Positions 9,080 to 18,979 of a stretch of 64,000 bases of DNA are shown here, one piece after another; the stretch's first letter is position 1; each line of letters starts with the position of its first letter. The notes beneath the pieces are model-generated. The model was not told the DNA's origin. It worked only from the letters and a program-made list of their open reading frames with translations, and made no database searches. This DNA is from an uncultured Methanolobus sp. (GTDB lineage: Archaea; Halobacteriota; Methanosarcinia; Methanosarcinales; Methanosarcinaceae). The DNA lies in contig OY776215.1 in assembly GCA_963675495.1 (NCBI GenBank), positions 1,600,001 through 1,664,000 of the forward strand, read 5' to 3'. The position numbers and the translations under genes are program-made.

Positions 9080-10459
9080 TTACTCAGTTCTTATCTCCAC
9101 AAGTTCCAGCCTCTCATTGCCTTCTGTAACGGCTACTTCCAGAAGCAGTCCAACGCCGCTGGCATAGAACTTATTTTCCTCAACACCAGGTTCAAGAGGA
9201 GTCCATTCCTTTGTTTGCAGGCAGTTGTCAAATGAACCATATTCTACTGAAACTGATTCATCAAGACTCAACACTTCAGCCATATCCTCTGCCTCACCTT
9301 CATAGTATTCCTGCTGATAGACATCGCCAACCTTTGGGTCTGCTTTCATAAGTATACCAGGTTCTGCTCCGTCAACACCTGATTCCCAGGAACCTGCTGT
9401 GCTAGCTACCTCACCATCATCATACTCTTTTGAGTCTTCACCAAAATACCAGACATTTCCTTCGTTGTCGTTGGCATACCAATCAAGCGTGTCTTCAACA
9501 AGTTCACCATCCTCCCATTCACGTTCTCTTACAACAATAGTTGTGACACCCAGTATCTCCTTTGTCTGGTCAGTGACGGACATCTCTACCCTGATATCTT
9601 CTCCATCAGATTCACCTTCCAGGATGAAGGTTGTACCTACAGCCAATGGGAAATACGAATTGTCAACAGGATCTGTAAAATCTGCAGAGTTTATAACAGA
9701 ATCTGATTCTGATTCAGTGCTTATCTCCACAAGTTCCAGACCTCCTGTCCCGCCTTTAACAATCTCCTCCTTGATAACGCCGATTCCAGGTGCATAGTAC
9801 TTGTTTTCTTCTACACCAGGTTCCAGCGCAGTCCACTCTCTTGTCACCAGACAATTGTCGTAAGAACCATAACTCACTGAAACAGATTCAGTAGTTGAAA
9901 GTACTTCAGCCTGGTCTTCAGCTTCTCCCTTGTAGTATTCCTGATAGTAGATATCACCTATTTCCGGACTGGCTTGCATAACTATTCCTGGCTTGGCCCC
10001 ATTGACACCTGCTTCCCATGAACCTGCTGTGCTAACTATTTCACCGTCTTCATAATCATTGGAATCTTCACCGAAATACCAGACATTTCCATCTTTGTCC
10101 TGCGCAAACCAGTCATATGTCTCTTCCACCAGTTCACCATTTTCCCACACCCTATCTTCTACAACAGTTGTAGTAACGCCCATGATCACTTTTTTCTGCG
10201 GGCTGACAAAAACCTCATTTCTTTCAGTGCCTTCCTCAGTCTCTCCTTCATATACAAAGGTTGTACCATGTTTCAGAGGTAGATACTGATTATCTATTTC
10301 TTCCACGAAGTTTGCAGGGTCTATTTCAGGATCATAAACATCTTCCAATCCTTCATCTGGTGTATCCTCGGAATACGAAGTATCAGTACACCCTGACACC
10401 ATTACAAGTGCCACTCCCAGAAAAAGCACCACAATATTTCTAATCATCTTGCGTTTCAT
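9080..10459 (-). CDS. Acidic lipoprotein with two tandem ~210-aa repeats, unknown function
   Basis: ATG 10459 after SD GGAGG; signal peptide MKRKMIRNIVVLFLGVALVMVSGC ends in a lipobox; duplicated GNVWYFGEDS...STAGSWE...EPGVEENK domain. Confidence 0.85.
   Translation of the reverse strand: MKRKMIRNIVVLFLGVALVMVSGCTDTSYSEDTPDEGLEDVYDPEIDPANFVEEIDNQYLPLKHGTTFVYEGETEEGTERNEVFVSPQKKVIMGVTTTVVEDRVWENGELVEETYDWFAQDKDGNVWYFGEDSNDYEDGEIVSTAGSWEAGVNGAKPGIVMQASPEIGDIYYQEYYKGEAEDQAEVLSTTESVSVSYGSYDNCLVTREWTALEPGVEENKYYAPGIGVIKEEIVKGGTGGLELVEISTESESDSVINSADFTDPVDNSYFPLAVGTTFILEGESDGEDIRVEMSVTDQTKEILGVTTIVVREREWEDGELVEDTLDWYANDNEGNVWYFGEDSKEYDDGEVASTAGSWESGVDGAEPGILMKADPKVGDVYQQEYYEGEAEDMAEVLSLDESVSVEYGSFDNCLQTKEWTPLEPGVEENKFYASGVGLLLEVAVTEGNERLELVEIRTE
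9083..10342. repeat. Intragenic tandem duplication, period 630 bp (boundaries approximate)
   Basis: ttatctccacaagttccag occurs at 9091 and 9721; aacctgctgtgcta at 9391 and 10021; both offsets are 630 bp. Confidence 0.9.
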
Positions 10460-10606
10460 TTTATTCCTCCATTTTTCTCCGCCGGACAGACAAAAAGTTA
10501 TCAAATTAAAAGTAGTGCTGGCTTATATTAACGATTCTGGTACAGGCCTCGAAGATTAATACAAAGTTCGAACAATCTAATAATGATAAAAAAATTGATA
10601 ATCAGG

Positions 10607-10638
10607 ATAAATTCAATGCGAATGAATTTATATTCGCA
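10607..10638. promoter_or_regulatory. Two overlapping inverted repeats in a divergent promoter, candidate operator
   Basis: ATAAATTCA-N7-TGAATTTAT (10607-10631) overlaps TGCGAAT-N8-ATTCGCA (10617-10638). Confidence 0.35.
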
Positions 10639-10713
10639 GTAATGGGACAACACTAAACAACATACTGTGCAGTTAATTATTTACATATTCCAGACAATGT
10701 CATCATTGAGAAT

Positions 10714-11367
10714 ATGAACGATGAAGTTGAAGTAGTATGCCCAGCATGCTCACCTAAAATTAGTGTGCCGCATGATGTTTTGAAATCCGGCCAGAATATG
10801 GTTGTCCAGTGCCAGGAATGTGGAAATGTCCATCCAACCAAATTTGAAAAACCAAAGACATTCAACATAAAAGTAATAATCAGTAAAGGCGATAGATCTT
10901 TTACACAAATGACCAAAATGACATCAGAAGAAGATGTTCACATTGATGATGAGATAATTGTCGATGACGGGGAATCTGATGAAGTATTCCCGGTCCTGAT
11001 AACTGCCATCGAGTCAGGAGATAAAAGACTGGAAAAAGCAAATGCCGCAGAGATAAGTACGATATGGGGCAGGGCTATCGATGAAGTTGCTGTTAAGATT
11101 GCCATTCACCGGGGAAAAAGCACAGAAGCCCTTATAAAAAGAGTTCCCGGAGGATACGAATTCATTATCGGTAAAGAGGAAACCGTTGACAAGACTAAAG
11201 TGAGGATCAAGAAGATAAAAATAAGAGACAGTAGTCTTGAATCACGTACCGGCATAGCGGTTGAGGCAAAGTTCATTAAAAGGATATTTGCAGAAGAAAT
11301 TGTGAGAAAGAACTGGGGAGAAGGAAGAACTGCATGGAGTATGAAAGGGAAAGGTCGCTCCTGGTAA
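10714..11367 (+). CDS. HVO_0476-family archaeal zinc-finger protein
   Basis: CPAC...HDVLK...CQECGNVH N-terminal Zn ribbon; TIWGRAIDEV; linked to pcm. Confidence 0.8.
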   Translation: MNDEVEVVCPACSPKISVPHDVLKSGQNMVVQCQECGNVHPTKFEKPKTFNIKVIISKGDRSFTQMTKMTSEEDVHIDDEIIVDDGESDEVFPVLITAIESGDKRLEKANAAEISTIWGRAIDEVAVKIAIHRGKSTEALIKRVPGGYEFIIGKEETVDKTKVRIKKIKIRDSSLESRTGIAVEAKFIKRIFAEEIVRKNWGEGRTAWSMKGKGRSW

Positions 11368-11993
11368 AATCTCTCAAAAAACAAGGAATCAGTGAAAGAA
11401 CTCTAAGAGCGATGAAGAAGGTACCAAGACATCATTTTGTACCTTCTATACATGTATCGCGTGCCTATGTTGACAGTCCATTGCCCATAGGACACGCACA
11501 GACAATATCAGCACCCCATATGGTTGCCATGATGTGTGACCTCCTTGAGCTTCAGGAAGGGCAGACAATACTTGAGATCGGTGCCGGCTCAGGTTACAAT
11601 GCAGCAGTCATGGCGGAAATAATTGGCAAAAATGGGCAAGTCTATTCTATTGAGCGTCGTGAACCGCTAGCTAAGTTTGCAAATGATAATCTGGAAAGAG
11701 CCGGATATTCCAATGTGGAAGTTATACTTGCTGATGGTTCGCTGGGCTATCCCGAGCATGCACCCTATGATAGGATATGTGTAACTGCATCAGCACCTGA
11801 AACGCCAAAACCACTTTTAGAACAGCTAAACTCCGGCGGAATCATGGTCCTGCCTGAAGGTGATACTTTCCAAAATTTGTACCTTATCAGGAAATCCATG
11901 ACTGGTGAGATCACAAAGGAAAACAGAGGTGGTGTGATATTCGTACCACTTGTTGGCGACCACGGTTACAATCTATTCACGAGCCATAGATAA
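11334..11993 (+). CDS. pcm: Protein-L-isoaspartate O-methyltransferase
   Basis: [53 protein letters not shown]. Confidence 0.95.
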   Translation: MEYERERSLLVKSLKKQGISERTLRAMKKVPRHHFVPSIHVSRAYVDSPLPIGHAQTISAPHMVAMMCDLLELQEGQTILEIGAGSGYNAAVMAEIIGKNGQVYSIERREPLAKFANDNLERAGYSNVEVILADGSLGYPEHAPYDRICVTASAPETPKPLLEQLNSGGIMVLPEGDTFQNLYLIRKSMTGEITKENRGGVIFVPLVGDHGYNLFTSHR

Positions 11994-12082
11994 TTCATTT
12001 TTACCGCAAAAACATTTTTAATATTTTATGCGTATTTAGAAGAGCATATTTTATAATAATCCGATTATGGTATGAAAGAACA

Positions 12083-15000
12083 ATGTCCTCAAAAAAAGAA
12101 AACTGGCAATTCTGGATAGACAGAGGTGGCACATTCACAGATATTGTTGCCCGGAAACCTGATGGACATTTGCTTGCTCATAAACTCCTGTCAACAGACC
12201 CGGAACACTATACAGATGCCGCAATGCATGGAATAAGGTTCATACTCGGGATAGGTCCAAAATCCAAGCTGCCAACGGAAATTATATCATCTATCAAGAT
12301 GGGAACAACCGTTGGAACGAATGCATTGCTTGAGAGAAATGGAGAGCCTACTGCACTGGTTATCACAAAAGGTTTCAGGGATGCACTGAGAATTGGATAC
12401 CAGAACAGACCTGATATCTTCGCTTTGAAGATAGAACTGCCGGAGCTGCTCTATGAAGAGGTCATCGAGATTAAGGAACGGTACAATGCATCCGGTGAAG
12501 AGCTGATCACCCTTGATACGGAGAACTCACGCAGTGAACTCGAGAGAATATACTCTCAGGGGATTCGTTCGATTGCCATTGTACTGATGCACGCATATCG
12601 TTACCCTGAACATGAATTGCAGCTTCGGGGAATTGCAGAGGATATTGGTTTTACTCAGATATCACTTTCACATGAAGTAAGCCCTCTTATGAAACTCATA
12701 AGCAGCGGAGAAACAACTGTTGTGGATGCTTACCTTTCCCCGGTGCTGCGAAGATACATCGATATGATAGCAAGCAGCCTCGAAGCCGGAGGAGATAATA
12801 CAAAGCTCATGTTCATGCAGTCCAACGGCGGGCTGATAGAAGCTAATCAATTCAGGGGCAAGGACTGTATTCTTTCCGGACCTGCCGGTGGAATTGTAGG
12901 AGCTGTGGAAACGTCCGGTATGGCAGGTTTTGAGAAAGTGGTCACTTTCGATATGGGTGGAACTTCCACTGATGTAGCCCATTACAGCGGAGAATATGAG
13001 AGAAGTTTTGAAACTGAGATTGCCGGAATACACCTGCGTTCTCCAATGCTCTATATTCACACCGTAGCAGCCGGAGGAGGATCAATACTACATTTCGAAG
13101 CCGGAAGATTCACGGTCGGGCCGGATTCTGCAGGTTCTGAACCGGGACCTGCATGTTATCGCAAGGGAGGGCCACTTACAATTACCGATTGTAACCTGAT
13201 GCTTGGCAAGATAGATCCGCAGCATTTTCCTCATGTATTCGGCCATAGCGCAGACATGTCACTTGACTCTGATGTTGTGAGAGAGAAATTTTCAGCCCTT
13301 GCAGAAGATGTCAGTGCATTCACAGGAGTGGAACACAGTGCTGAGCAGGTGGCTGAAGGTTTCCTGAAGATCGCCATTGAGAATATGGCAAACGCTATCA
13401 AGAAAATATCAATCCAGCGTGGGTATGACACAAAAGATTATGTCCTTTGCTGCTTTGGCGGAGCAGGTGCCCAGCATGCCTGTGGCGTTGCAGATGCGCT
13501 GAGTATTAAGAAAATACTGATACACCCATTTGCAGGAGTGCTTTCTGCATATGGAATGGGACTTGCAGACCAGCGTATTATGAAAGAGTATGCTGTAGAG
13601 AAAAAACTTGAAAGAAAACTTATAGCAGAACTCCGGGACATTGCTGCTGAGCTGGAAATGAGCGGCAAGGAAGAGATGCGGATGCAGGGTGTTGCAGAAG
13701 AAGACATCAGTGCGCTACATAAGATCCATGTCAAATACCGTGATGCTGGGACTTCAATTATTGTTGACCTTGTTGATGAAAAAGAGATTAAGACTTCTTT
13801 TGAGAATGAGCATAAGAGCCGTTTCGGCTTTATCATGGACAACAAGGAACTGGTCATAGAAGCGGTTTCCACAGAGATAATCGGGTCAGGGGAAACTATG
13901 CGTAAATCCACCACCAATGTTGCTGCAGAAAAGGGAGACATGCTGCCTGATATGACCATGTACACTTGCGGGAAACCACATACAACGCCTGTTTACAGAA
14001 GAGAAAAACTGGTGTCAGGAACAAAAGTCAAAGGGCCTGCTATCATCGTGGAAACGAATACCACTGTTGTGATCGAACCAGGCTGGGAAGCGGAGCTTAC
14101 AGAGAACCAGGAACTAGTGCTTGAAAGAGTGAGTGCTCTGCCAAAGAGAGAGTCGATTGGTACTGAAGCTGATCCTGTGATGCTTGAGGTATTCAATAAC
14201 AGATTCATGTCCATTGCACAGCAGATGGGGTACACACTCCAGAATACATCTTATTCTGTCAATATCAAAGAAAGGCTTGACTTTTCGTGTGCTCTTTTTG
14301 ACAGTGAAGGAAATCTCATAGCCAACGCACCACATATACCTGTGCACCTCGGTTCCATGGGCGAGAGTGTCAAATCGATCATCAGGAAGTTCCCTGCTAT
14401 GAAAGCAGGAGATGTTTTCATGCTCAACTCTCCATTTGAAGGCGGAACACATCTACCTGATATTACGGTTATTACACCTGTGTTTCATGAAAATAAGCTT
14501 GCATTCTTTGTGGCTTCAAGGGGGCATCATGCTGATATTGGCGGAGTGACTCCCGGATCCATACCTCCTGAAAGTAGGCACATAGAAAAGGAAGGGGTGC
14601 TCACCAATGGACAGAGAATCGTATCCAGTGGAAAATTCCTTGAAGATGAAGTGCAAAAATGGCTGGCTTCAGGCAAATATCCGGCACGCAATCCTTTCCA
14701 GAATATTGCAGACCTGAAGGCACAGGTAGCTGCTAATGAGAGAGGAGTAAGAGAACTGGAAAAGCTTGTGAAGCACTTTTCTATGGAAACGGTGCAGGCA
14801 TACATGAGACATGTAATGGACAATGCCGAAGAATCTGTGAGAAGGGTTATCGAAGTACTGAAGGACGGGGAATTCTCACTTTCCTTTGATGATAGTACAG
14901 TTATACACGTGAAAGTGAGGATCAATCACAAGAAAAGAGCAGCATACATCGACTTTGCCGGAACTACCGCTCAACATCCGGGGAACCTGAACGCTCCGGT

Positions 15001-15718
15001 GGCTGTATGTAAGGCTGCGGTGCTTTATGTGTTCAGGTCACTGGTGGAGAAGGATATTCCACTCAATGAAGGATGTCTGCGCCCTCTTGAGATTAGCATT
15101 CCTGAGAAGAGCATACTGAACCCTGAATACCCTGCGGCTGTGGTGGCTGGAAATGTTGAGACCTCGCAATATATCGTTGATGCACTTTTCGGAGCACTTG
15201 GAGTGATGGCAGGATCACAGGGCACCATGAACAATTTTACTTTTGGAGATGAGCAGTTCCAGTACTATGAGACCATTTGCGGTGGGTCGGGAGCAGGAAA
15301 TGGATTTGATGGCACTGATGCTGTGCAGACCCATATGACCAATTCCAGGATCACCGACCCGGAGGTGCTGGAATGGAGATTCCCCGTGCGGCTTGAGGAG
15401 TTCTCTGTCAGAGAAGGCAGTGGTGGTGAAGGAGAGTACAGTGGAGGGTGTGGAGTCATCCGGAAGATCCGCTTCCTCAGACCAATGAAGGCGGCCGTTA
15501 TTTCAAGCCACAGGAAATTTCCTCCCTTGGGTTTGAATGGCGGAGAAAATGGGAAGGTCGGGCACAATTATGTTTTACGGGCAGGTGGAAGTGAAGATAT
15601 GGATGGAGATATTGAGGAACTTGGAGGAAGAGCTCTTGTTGATATGAGAGAAAATGACCTGTTCGTTGTGGAGACCCCCGGAGCAGGCGGATTTGGTAAA
15701 AAAGAAAGAGTTAAGTAA
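12083..15718 (+). CDS. Fused hydantoinase A/B, ATP-dependent 5-oxoprolinase-like protein
   Basis: [87 protein letters not shown]. Confidence 0.93.
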   Translation: MSSKKENWQFWIDRGGTFTDIVARKPDGHLLAHKLLSTDPEHYTDAAMHGIRFILGIGPKSKLPTEIISSIKMGTTVGTNALLERNGEPTALVITKGFRDALRIGYQNRPDIFALKIELPELLYEEVIEIKERYNASGEELITLDTENSRSELERIYSQGIRSIAIVLMHAYRYPEHELQLRGIAEDIGFTQISLSHEVSPLMKLISSGETTVVDAYLSPVLRRYIDMIASSLEAGGDNTKLMFMQSNGGLIEANQFRGKDCILSGPAGGIVGAVETSGMAGFEKVVTFDMGGTSTDVAHYSGEYERSFETEIAGIHLRSPMLYIHTVAAGGGSILHFEAGRFTVGPDSAGSEPGPACYRKGGPLTITDCNLMLGKIDPQHFPHVFGHSADMSLDSDVVREKFSALAEDVSAFTGVEHSAEQVAEGFLKIAIENMANAIKKISIQRGYDTKDYVLCCFGGAGAQHACGVADALSIKKILIHPFAGVLSAYGMGLADQRIMKEYAVEKKLERKLIAELRDIAAELEMSGKEEMRMQGVAEEDISALHKIHVKYRDAGTSIIVDLVDEKEIKTSFENEHKSRFGFIMDNKELVIEAVSTEIIGSGETMRKSTTNVAAEKGDMLPDMTMYTCGKPHTTPVYRREKLVSGTKVKGPAIIVETNTTVVIEPGWEAELTENQELVLERVSALPKRESIGTEADPVMLEVFNNRFMSIAQQMGYTLQNTSYSVNIKERLDFSCALFDSEGNLIANAPHIPVHLGSMGESVKSIIRKFPAMKAGDVFMLNSPFEGGTHLPDITVITPVFHENKLAFFVASRGHHADIGGVTPGSIPPESRHIEKEGVLTNGQRIVSSGKFLEDEVQKWLASGKYPARNPFQNIADLKAQVAANERGVRELEKLVKHFSMETVQAYMRHVMDNAEESVRRVIEVLKDGEFSLSFDDSTVIHVKVRINHKKRAAYIDFAGTTAQHPGNLNAPVAVCKAAVLYVFRSLVEKDIPLNEGCLRPLEISIPEKSILNPEYPAAVVAGNVETSQYIVDALFGALGVMAGSQGTMNNFTFGDEQFQYYETICGGSGAGNGFDGTDAVQTHMTNSRITDPEVLEWRFPVRLEEFSVREGSGGEGEYSGGCGVIRKIRFLRPMKAAVISSHRKFPPLGLNGGENGKVGHNYVLRAGGSEDMDGDIEELGGRALVDMRENDLFVVETPGAGGFGKKERVK

Positions 15719-15782
15719 TGATACTGATAAAGCTGCTGTGCATCTTATAAACTAAAAATAAAGAAGGAAAAGGCCGCTGTCA

Positions 15783-16241
15783 ATGAACTCTGAGAATAAT
15801 GTAAAAAAAGTTACTGTGAAAGGGGTGTTCATGATAAACATCTTCGGGAAGACCGTTCCCGCCCTTATGCTTGAAGATGAAGATGGCCTCCTTATGCCAA
15901 TACATATAGGCCAGTCAGAGGCACTCTCCATTAATTCAGTGATGAAGAATGAGACCATGCCAAGACCTATGACGCATGATCTTATTGTGTCCATGCTTGA
16001 AAGACTGGGTGCAGAGGTTGAGAGAGTACTTATCGATGAGAAGGTCGATAATATCTACTATGCCAGGATAACGTTGAAAAAGGACGGTATTAGCATGGAG
16101 TTTGATGCCAGGCCAAGTGATTGTATCGCTATTGCCCTTAGAAATGATGCAGTTATTCTGATAAACGAGGATGTTTTTAACGACGATTCCATCTCTAAGG
16201 AAAATTTCCAGGGTTCTAAGGCAATTACGGGATTTGTATAG
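15783..16241 (+). CDS. Bifunctional nuclease family protein (DUF151)
   Basis: LMPIHIGQSEA, PRPMTHDL, DARPSDCIAIALR. Confidence 0.9.
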   Translation: MNSENNVKKVTVKGVFMINIFGKTVPALMLEDEDGLLMPIHIGQSEALSINSVMKNETMPRPMTHDLIVSMLERLGAEVERVLIDEKVDNIYYARITLKKDGISMEFDARPSDCIAIALRNDAVILINEDVFNDDSISKENFQGSKAITGFV

Positions 16242-16289
16242 TACTGCCGTACCCAAAAAAGTATATATTGTTAACAAGGACAATATGCT

Positions 16290-16997
16290 ATGAGGCACCG
16301 GATATTTTATAATCCTTTTACGTTCATTTTTACGCTGATACTTACTTTGATCCTTGCTTTCAGTATTTCCGTGCTTTTCTTCGGTTTTGTAAGCAGTGCC
16401 TTTGCAAAGATAGGTTTCTCATGGGAAGATGCACTTATCCTACTTCTTGCCTCACTTATCGGAAGTAATATCAATATACCCCTGAGAACTATCGAGTCTA
16501 AGATCCCAATTGAGGACCAGAGATACATAAAGGTCTTTGGAGTCTCATATCGAGTCCCATTCAAGAAGACACACATTACAAGGACAACCGTAGCCATAAA
16601 CGTAGGTGGAGCGCTCATTCCAACCATCGTCTCCCTCTACCTGTTAACCCTCTTCCCTGAGGCCGTTATCTACGCCCTCTACGCCACCATGTTCGTTGCC
16701 TTGATAACAAAAGCTGTTGCCAGGCCGGTCAGAGGTGTGGGCATCGTTTCCCCTGCACTACTTCCCCCGATTGCCGCAGCCCTAAGCTCCATTATCATCG
16801 TCTACACAACCCATGTCCAGCACGAACTCATCTTTGCCATAGCCTACACCAGCGGCACTCTGGGCACCCTGATAGGCGCCGACCTGCTGAACATGCGCGC
16901 AATCACCAAACTGGGAGCTCCTGTTGTAAGTATCGGAGGTGCAGGGACGTTTGATGGTGTGTTTTTGGCCGGGGTTATTGCGGTGTTGTTGGTTTGA
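16290..16997 (+). CDS. DUF1614-family membrane protein
   Basis: SLIGSNINIP, AINVGGALIP, GTLGTLIGADLLN, SIGGAGTFDGVFL. Confidence 0.88.
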   Translation: MRHRIFYNPFTFIFTLILTLILAFSISVLFFGFVSSAFAKIGFSWEDALILLLASLIGSNINIPLRTIESKIPIEDQRYIKVFGVSYRVPFKKTHITRTTVAINVGGALIPTIVSLYLLTLFPEAVIYALYATMFVALITKAVARPVRGVGIVSPALLPPIAAALSSIIIVYTTHVQHELIFAIAYTSGTLGTLIGADLLNMRAITKLGAPVVSIGGAGTFDGVFLAGVIAVLLV

Positions 16998-17424
16998 GTG
17001 GGAAAAAAGCCTTTTTTGGTTTAAAATGGAAGATACTGCAAAAAATATATTTTCTCCCACGATTTTACTTTAGACTAAAAATCATCCATAGTTGATTTTA
17101 GATTTAAGAAGCCTCATCCCACCTACATTTAAACCAAACACATGCTCCCACAAGCTTCAACCTAAATATCAGAATCATTTAACAAAACATAAATACTTGT
17201 TAAATAATCTCACAAACAAGGCACGGTGACATGCATAAAATGCGTGGCTTTGGCAGGAACTCGCATACCAACCATATTCGCAGAGAGAGGGGCACGTGCA
17301 TTTTAAATCACTTACCACATGGCGTGTAGTTTAGATAATTAATATGAAAATCGTTATTTTTTTGGTAATGAATATGCTCCAAAATAATATAACAACACCT
17401 ATATAGGAGTTGATTATTGTGATT

Positions 17425-17515
17425 ATTGAGGCGCTATGATTTGCACAACCCATTTTTAGATAGCTTTTAAATCCCACTCCCCACACTATCAGTGAATTCA
17501 TGAAAGCGCCTCGAT
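17425..17515. repeat. Imperfect inverted repeat / long hairpin in the intergenic region upstream of hisF
   Basis: ATTGAGGCGCT (17425-17435) pairs with AGCGCCTCGAT (17505-17515), extended inward by ATGA/TCAT. Confidence 0.5.
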
Positions 17516-17742
17516 TCAAAATATTTATTCAGCGATCATGTTTTGCTGAGAGAACTACGTACCTTGTCGAATTTATTATATTTGTGAAACTATTCAGCAT
17601 TCTCTCTTTTGATAATTACCATTCAATATGAGGACACAACAAGTATTAAATAAAAACTTGATATCTTCTTAGTAAATATACCATCCGCCAGCGAGCCTGG
17701 AGGATATAATAACCAAATTCAGTGAAAGGGAAAAAATCACAC

Positions 17743-18564
17743 ATGCTCACAAAAAGGATCATACCATGTCTTGATGTTACGCTTGATGAGGAAGGCGGAA
17801 CCGTAGTTAAGGGAATAGAATTCGTAGACCTGAGAAAAGCAGGAGATCCTGTGGAACTCGCCAAGCAATATAATGAACAGGGTGCTGATGAACTTGTTTT
17901 TCTTGACATAACCGCCTCCCATGAGGGAAGAGGAACCATGGTCAAGGTTATCGAAAGGACTGCTGATGAAGTATTTATTCCACTGACCGTTGGAGGTGGG
18001 ATCAACTCCATCGAAGACATACGCCAGATACTCAGGGCAGGTGCGGACAAGGTATCTATAAACACCGCCGCTATAAAGAATCCAGACCTGATCCAGGAAG
18101 CATCTGATATTTTCGGTGCTCAGTGCATCGTCACAGCCATCGACTGCAAGAGGAATACAAACGTTAAGGACCATCCAGACAAGACCATCCTCGAACTGGA
18201 AGACGGCACACAAGCATGGTATGAAGTGGTCATCTACGGAGGCAGGCAGCCAACCGGAATAGACGCTGTCCAGTGGGCTAAAAAGGTAGAGGAGCTCGGT
18301 GCAGGAGAGATATTGCTCACCAGCATGGACAGGGACGGAACCTATGACGGTTTTGACATCCCGATCACAAAAAGGCTTTCAGAGGACCTTGAGATACCGA
18401 TCATTGCCTCCGGTGGCGTAGGCAACCCTGAGCACATGTACGAAGGTTTCACAAAAGGAAAAGCAGATGCAGCACTTGCAGCAAGCATATTCCACTTTGG
18501 CGAATACACTGTTAACGATACCAAGGAATATCTCAGGAAAAAGGAAATTCCTGTCAGGCTCTGA
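17743..18564 (+). CDS. hisF: Imidazole glycerol phosphate synthase cyclase subunit
   Basis: [55 protein letters not shown]. Confidence 0.97.
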   Translation: MLTKRIIPCLDVTLDEEGGTVVKGIEFVDLRKAGDPVELAKQYNEQGADELVFLDITASHEGRGTMVKVIERTADEVFIPLTVGGGINSIEDIRQILRAGADKVSINTAAIKNPDLIQEASDIFGAQCIVTAIDCKRNTNVKDHPDKTILELEDGTQAWYEVVIYGGRQPTGIDAVQWAKKVEELGAGEILLTSMDRDGTYDGFDIPITKRLSEDLEIPIIASGGVGNPEHMYEGFTKGKADAALAASIFHFGEYTVNDTKEYLRKKEIPVRL

Positions 18565-18588
18565 ACTGTAATAAAATGGAGTGAAATC

Positions 18589-18876
18589 ATGGAAATCTCA
18601 GAATTCCAGAAAAGAATGTACGATCTCTACGCCCATAACGACAGGAGAAGAGGGGCACCAGCAACCACCCTCTGGCTTGTGGAAGAGATCGGTGAACTTG
18701 CAGAAGCGATTCGCAGGGAGGACATGGATAACATAAGGGAAGAGCTTGCAGACTGTTTTGCGTGGATAGCCGCACTTGCAAACCTCTACGACATTGACCT
18801 TGAAGCTGCGTTTTTAGAGAAATACCCTGACAAGTGTCCTACATGCGGGAAGAATCCGTGCATCTGTACGGACTAA
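18589..18876 (+). CDS. MazG-like NTP pyrophosphohydrolase
   Basis: WLVEEIGELAEA...EELADC motif; C-terminal CPTCGKNPCIC. Confidence 0.88.
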   Translation: MEISEFQKRMYDLYAHNDRRRGAPATTLWLVEEIGELAEAIRREDMDNIREELADCFAWIAALANLYDIDLEAAFLEKYPDKCPTCGKNPCICTD

Positions 18877-18979
18877 AGATTCCTCCCCCACATTAACATA
18901 TACTAGTTAATTTACATATCGCAAAAGTAATTCATTATGTATAAATAGTATCCTTACTACTAATTAAGAAGGGGATAAT

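Noticed and set aside
18150-18225. Insertion in HisF ([23 protein letters not shown])
   Set aside because: Short loop insert of the kind seen in methanogen HisF; no intein motifs
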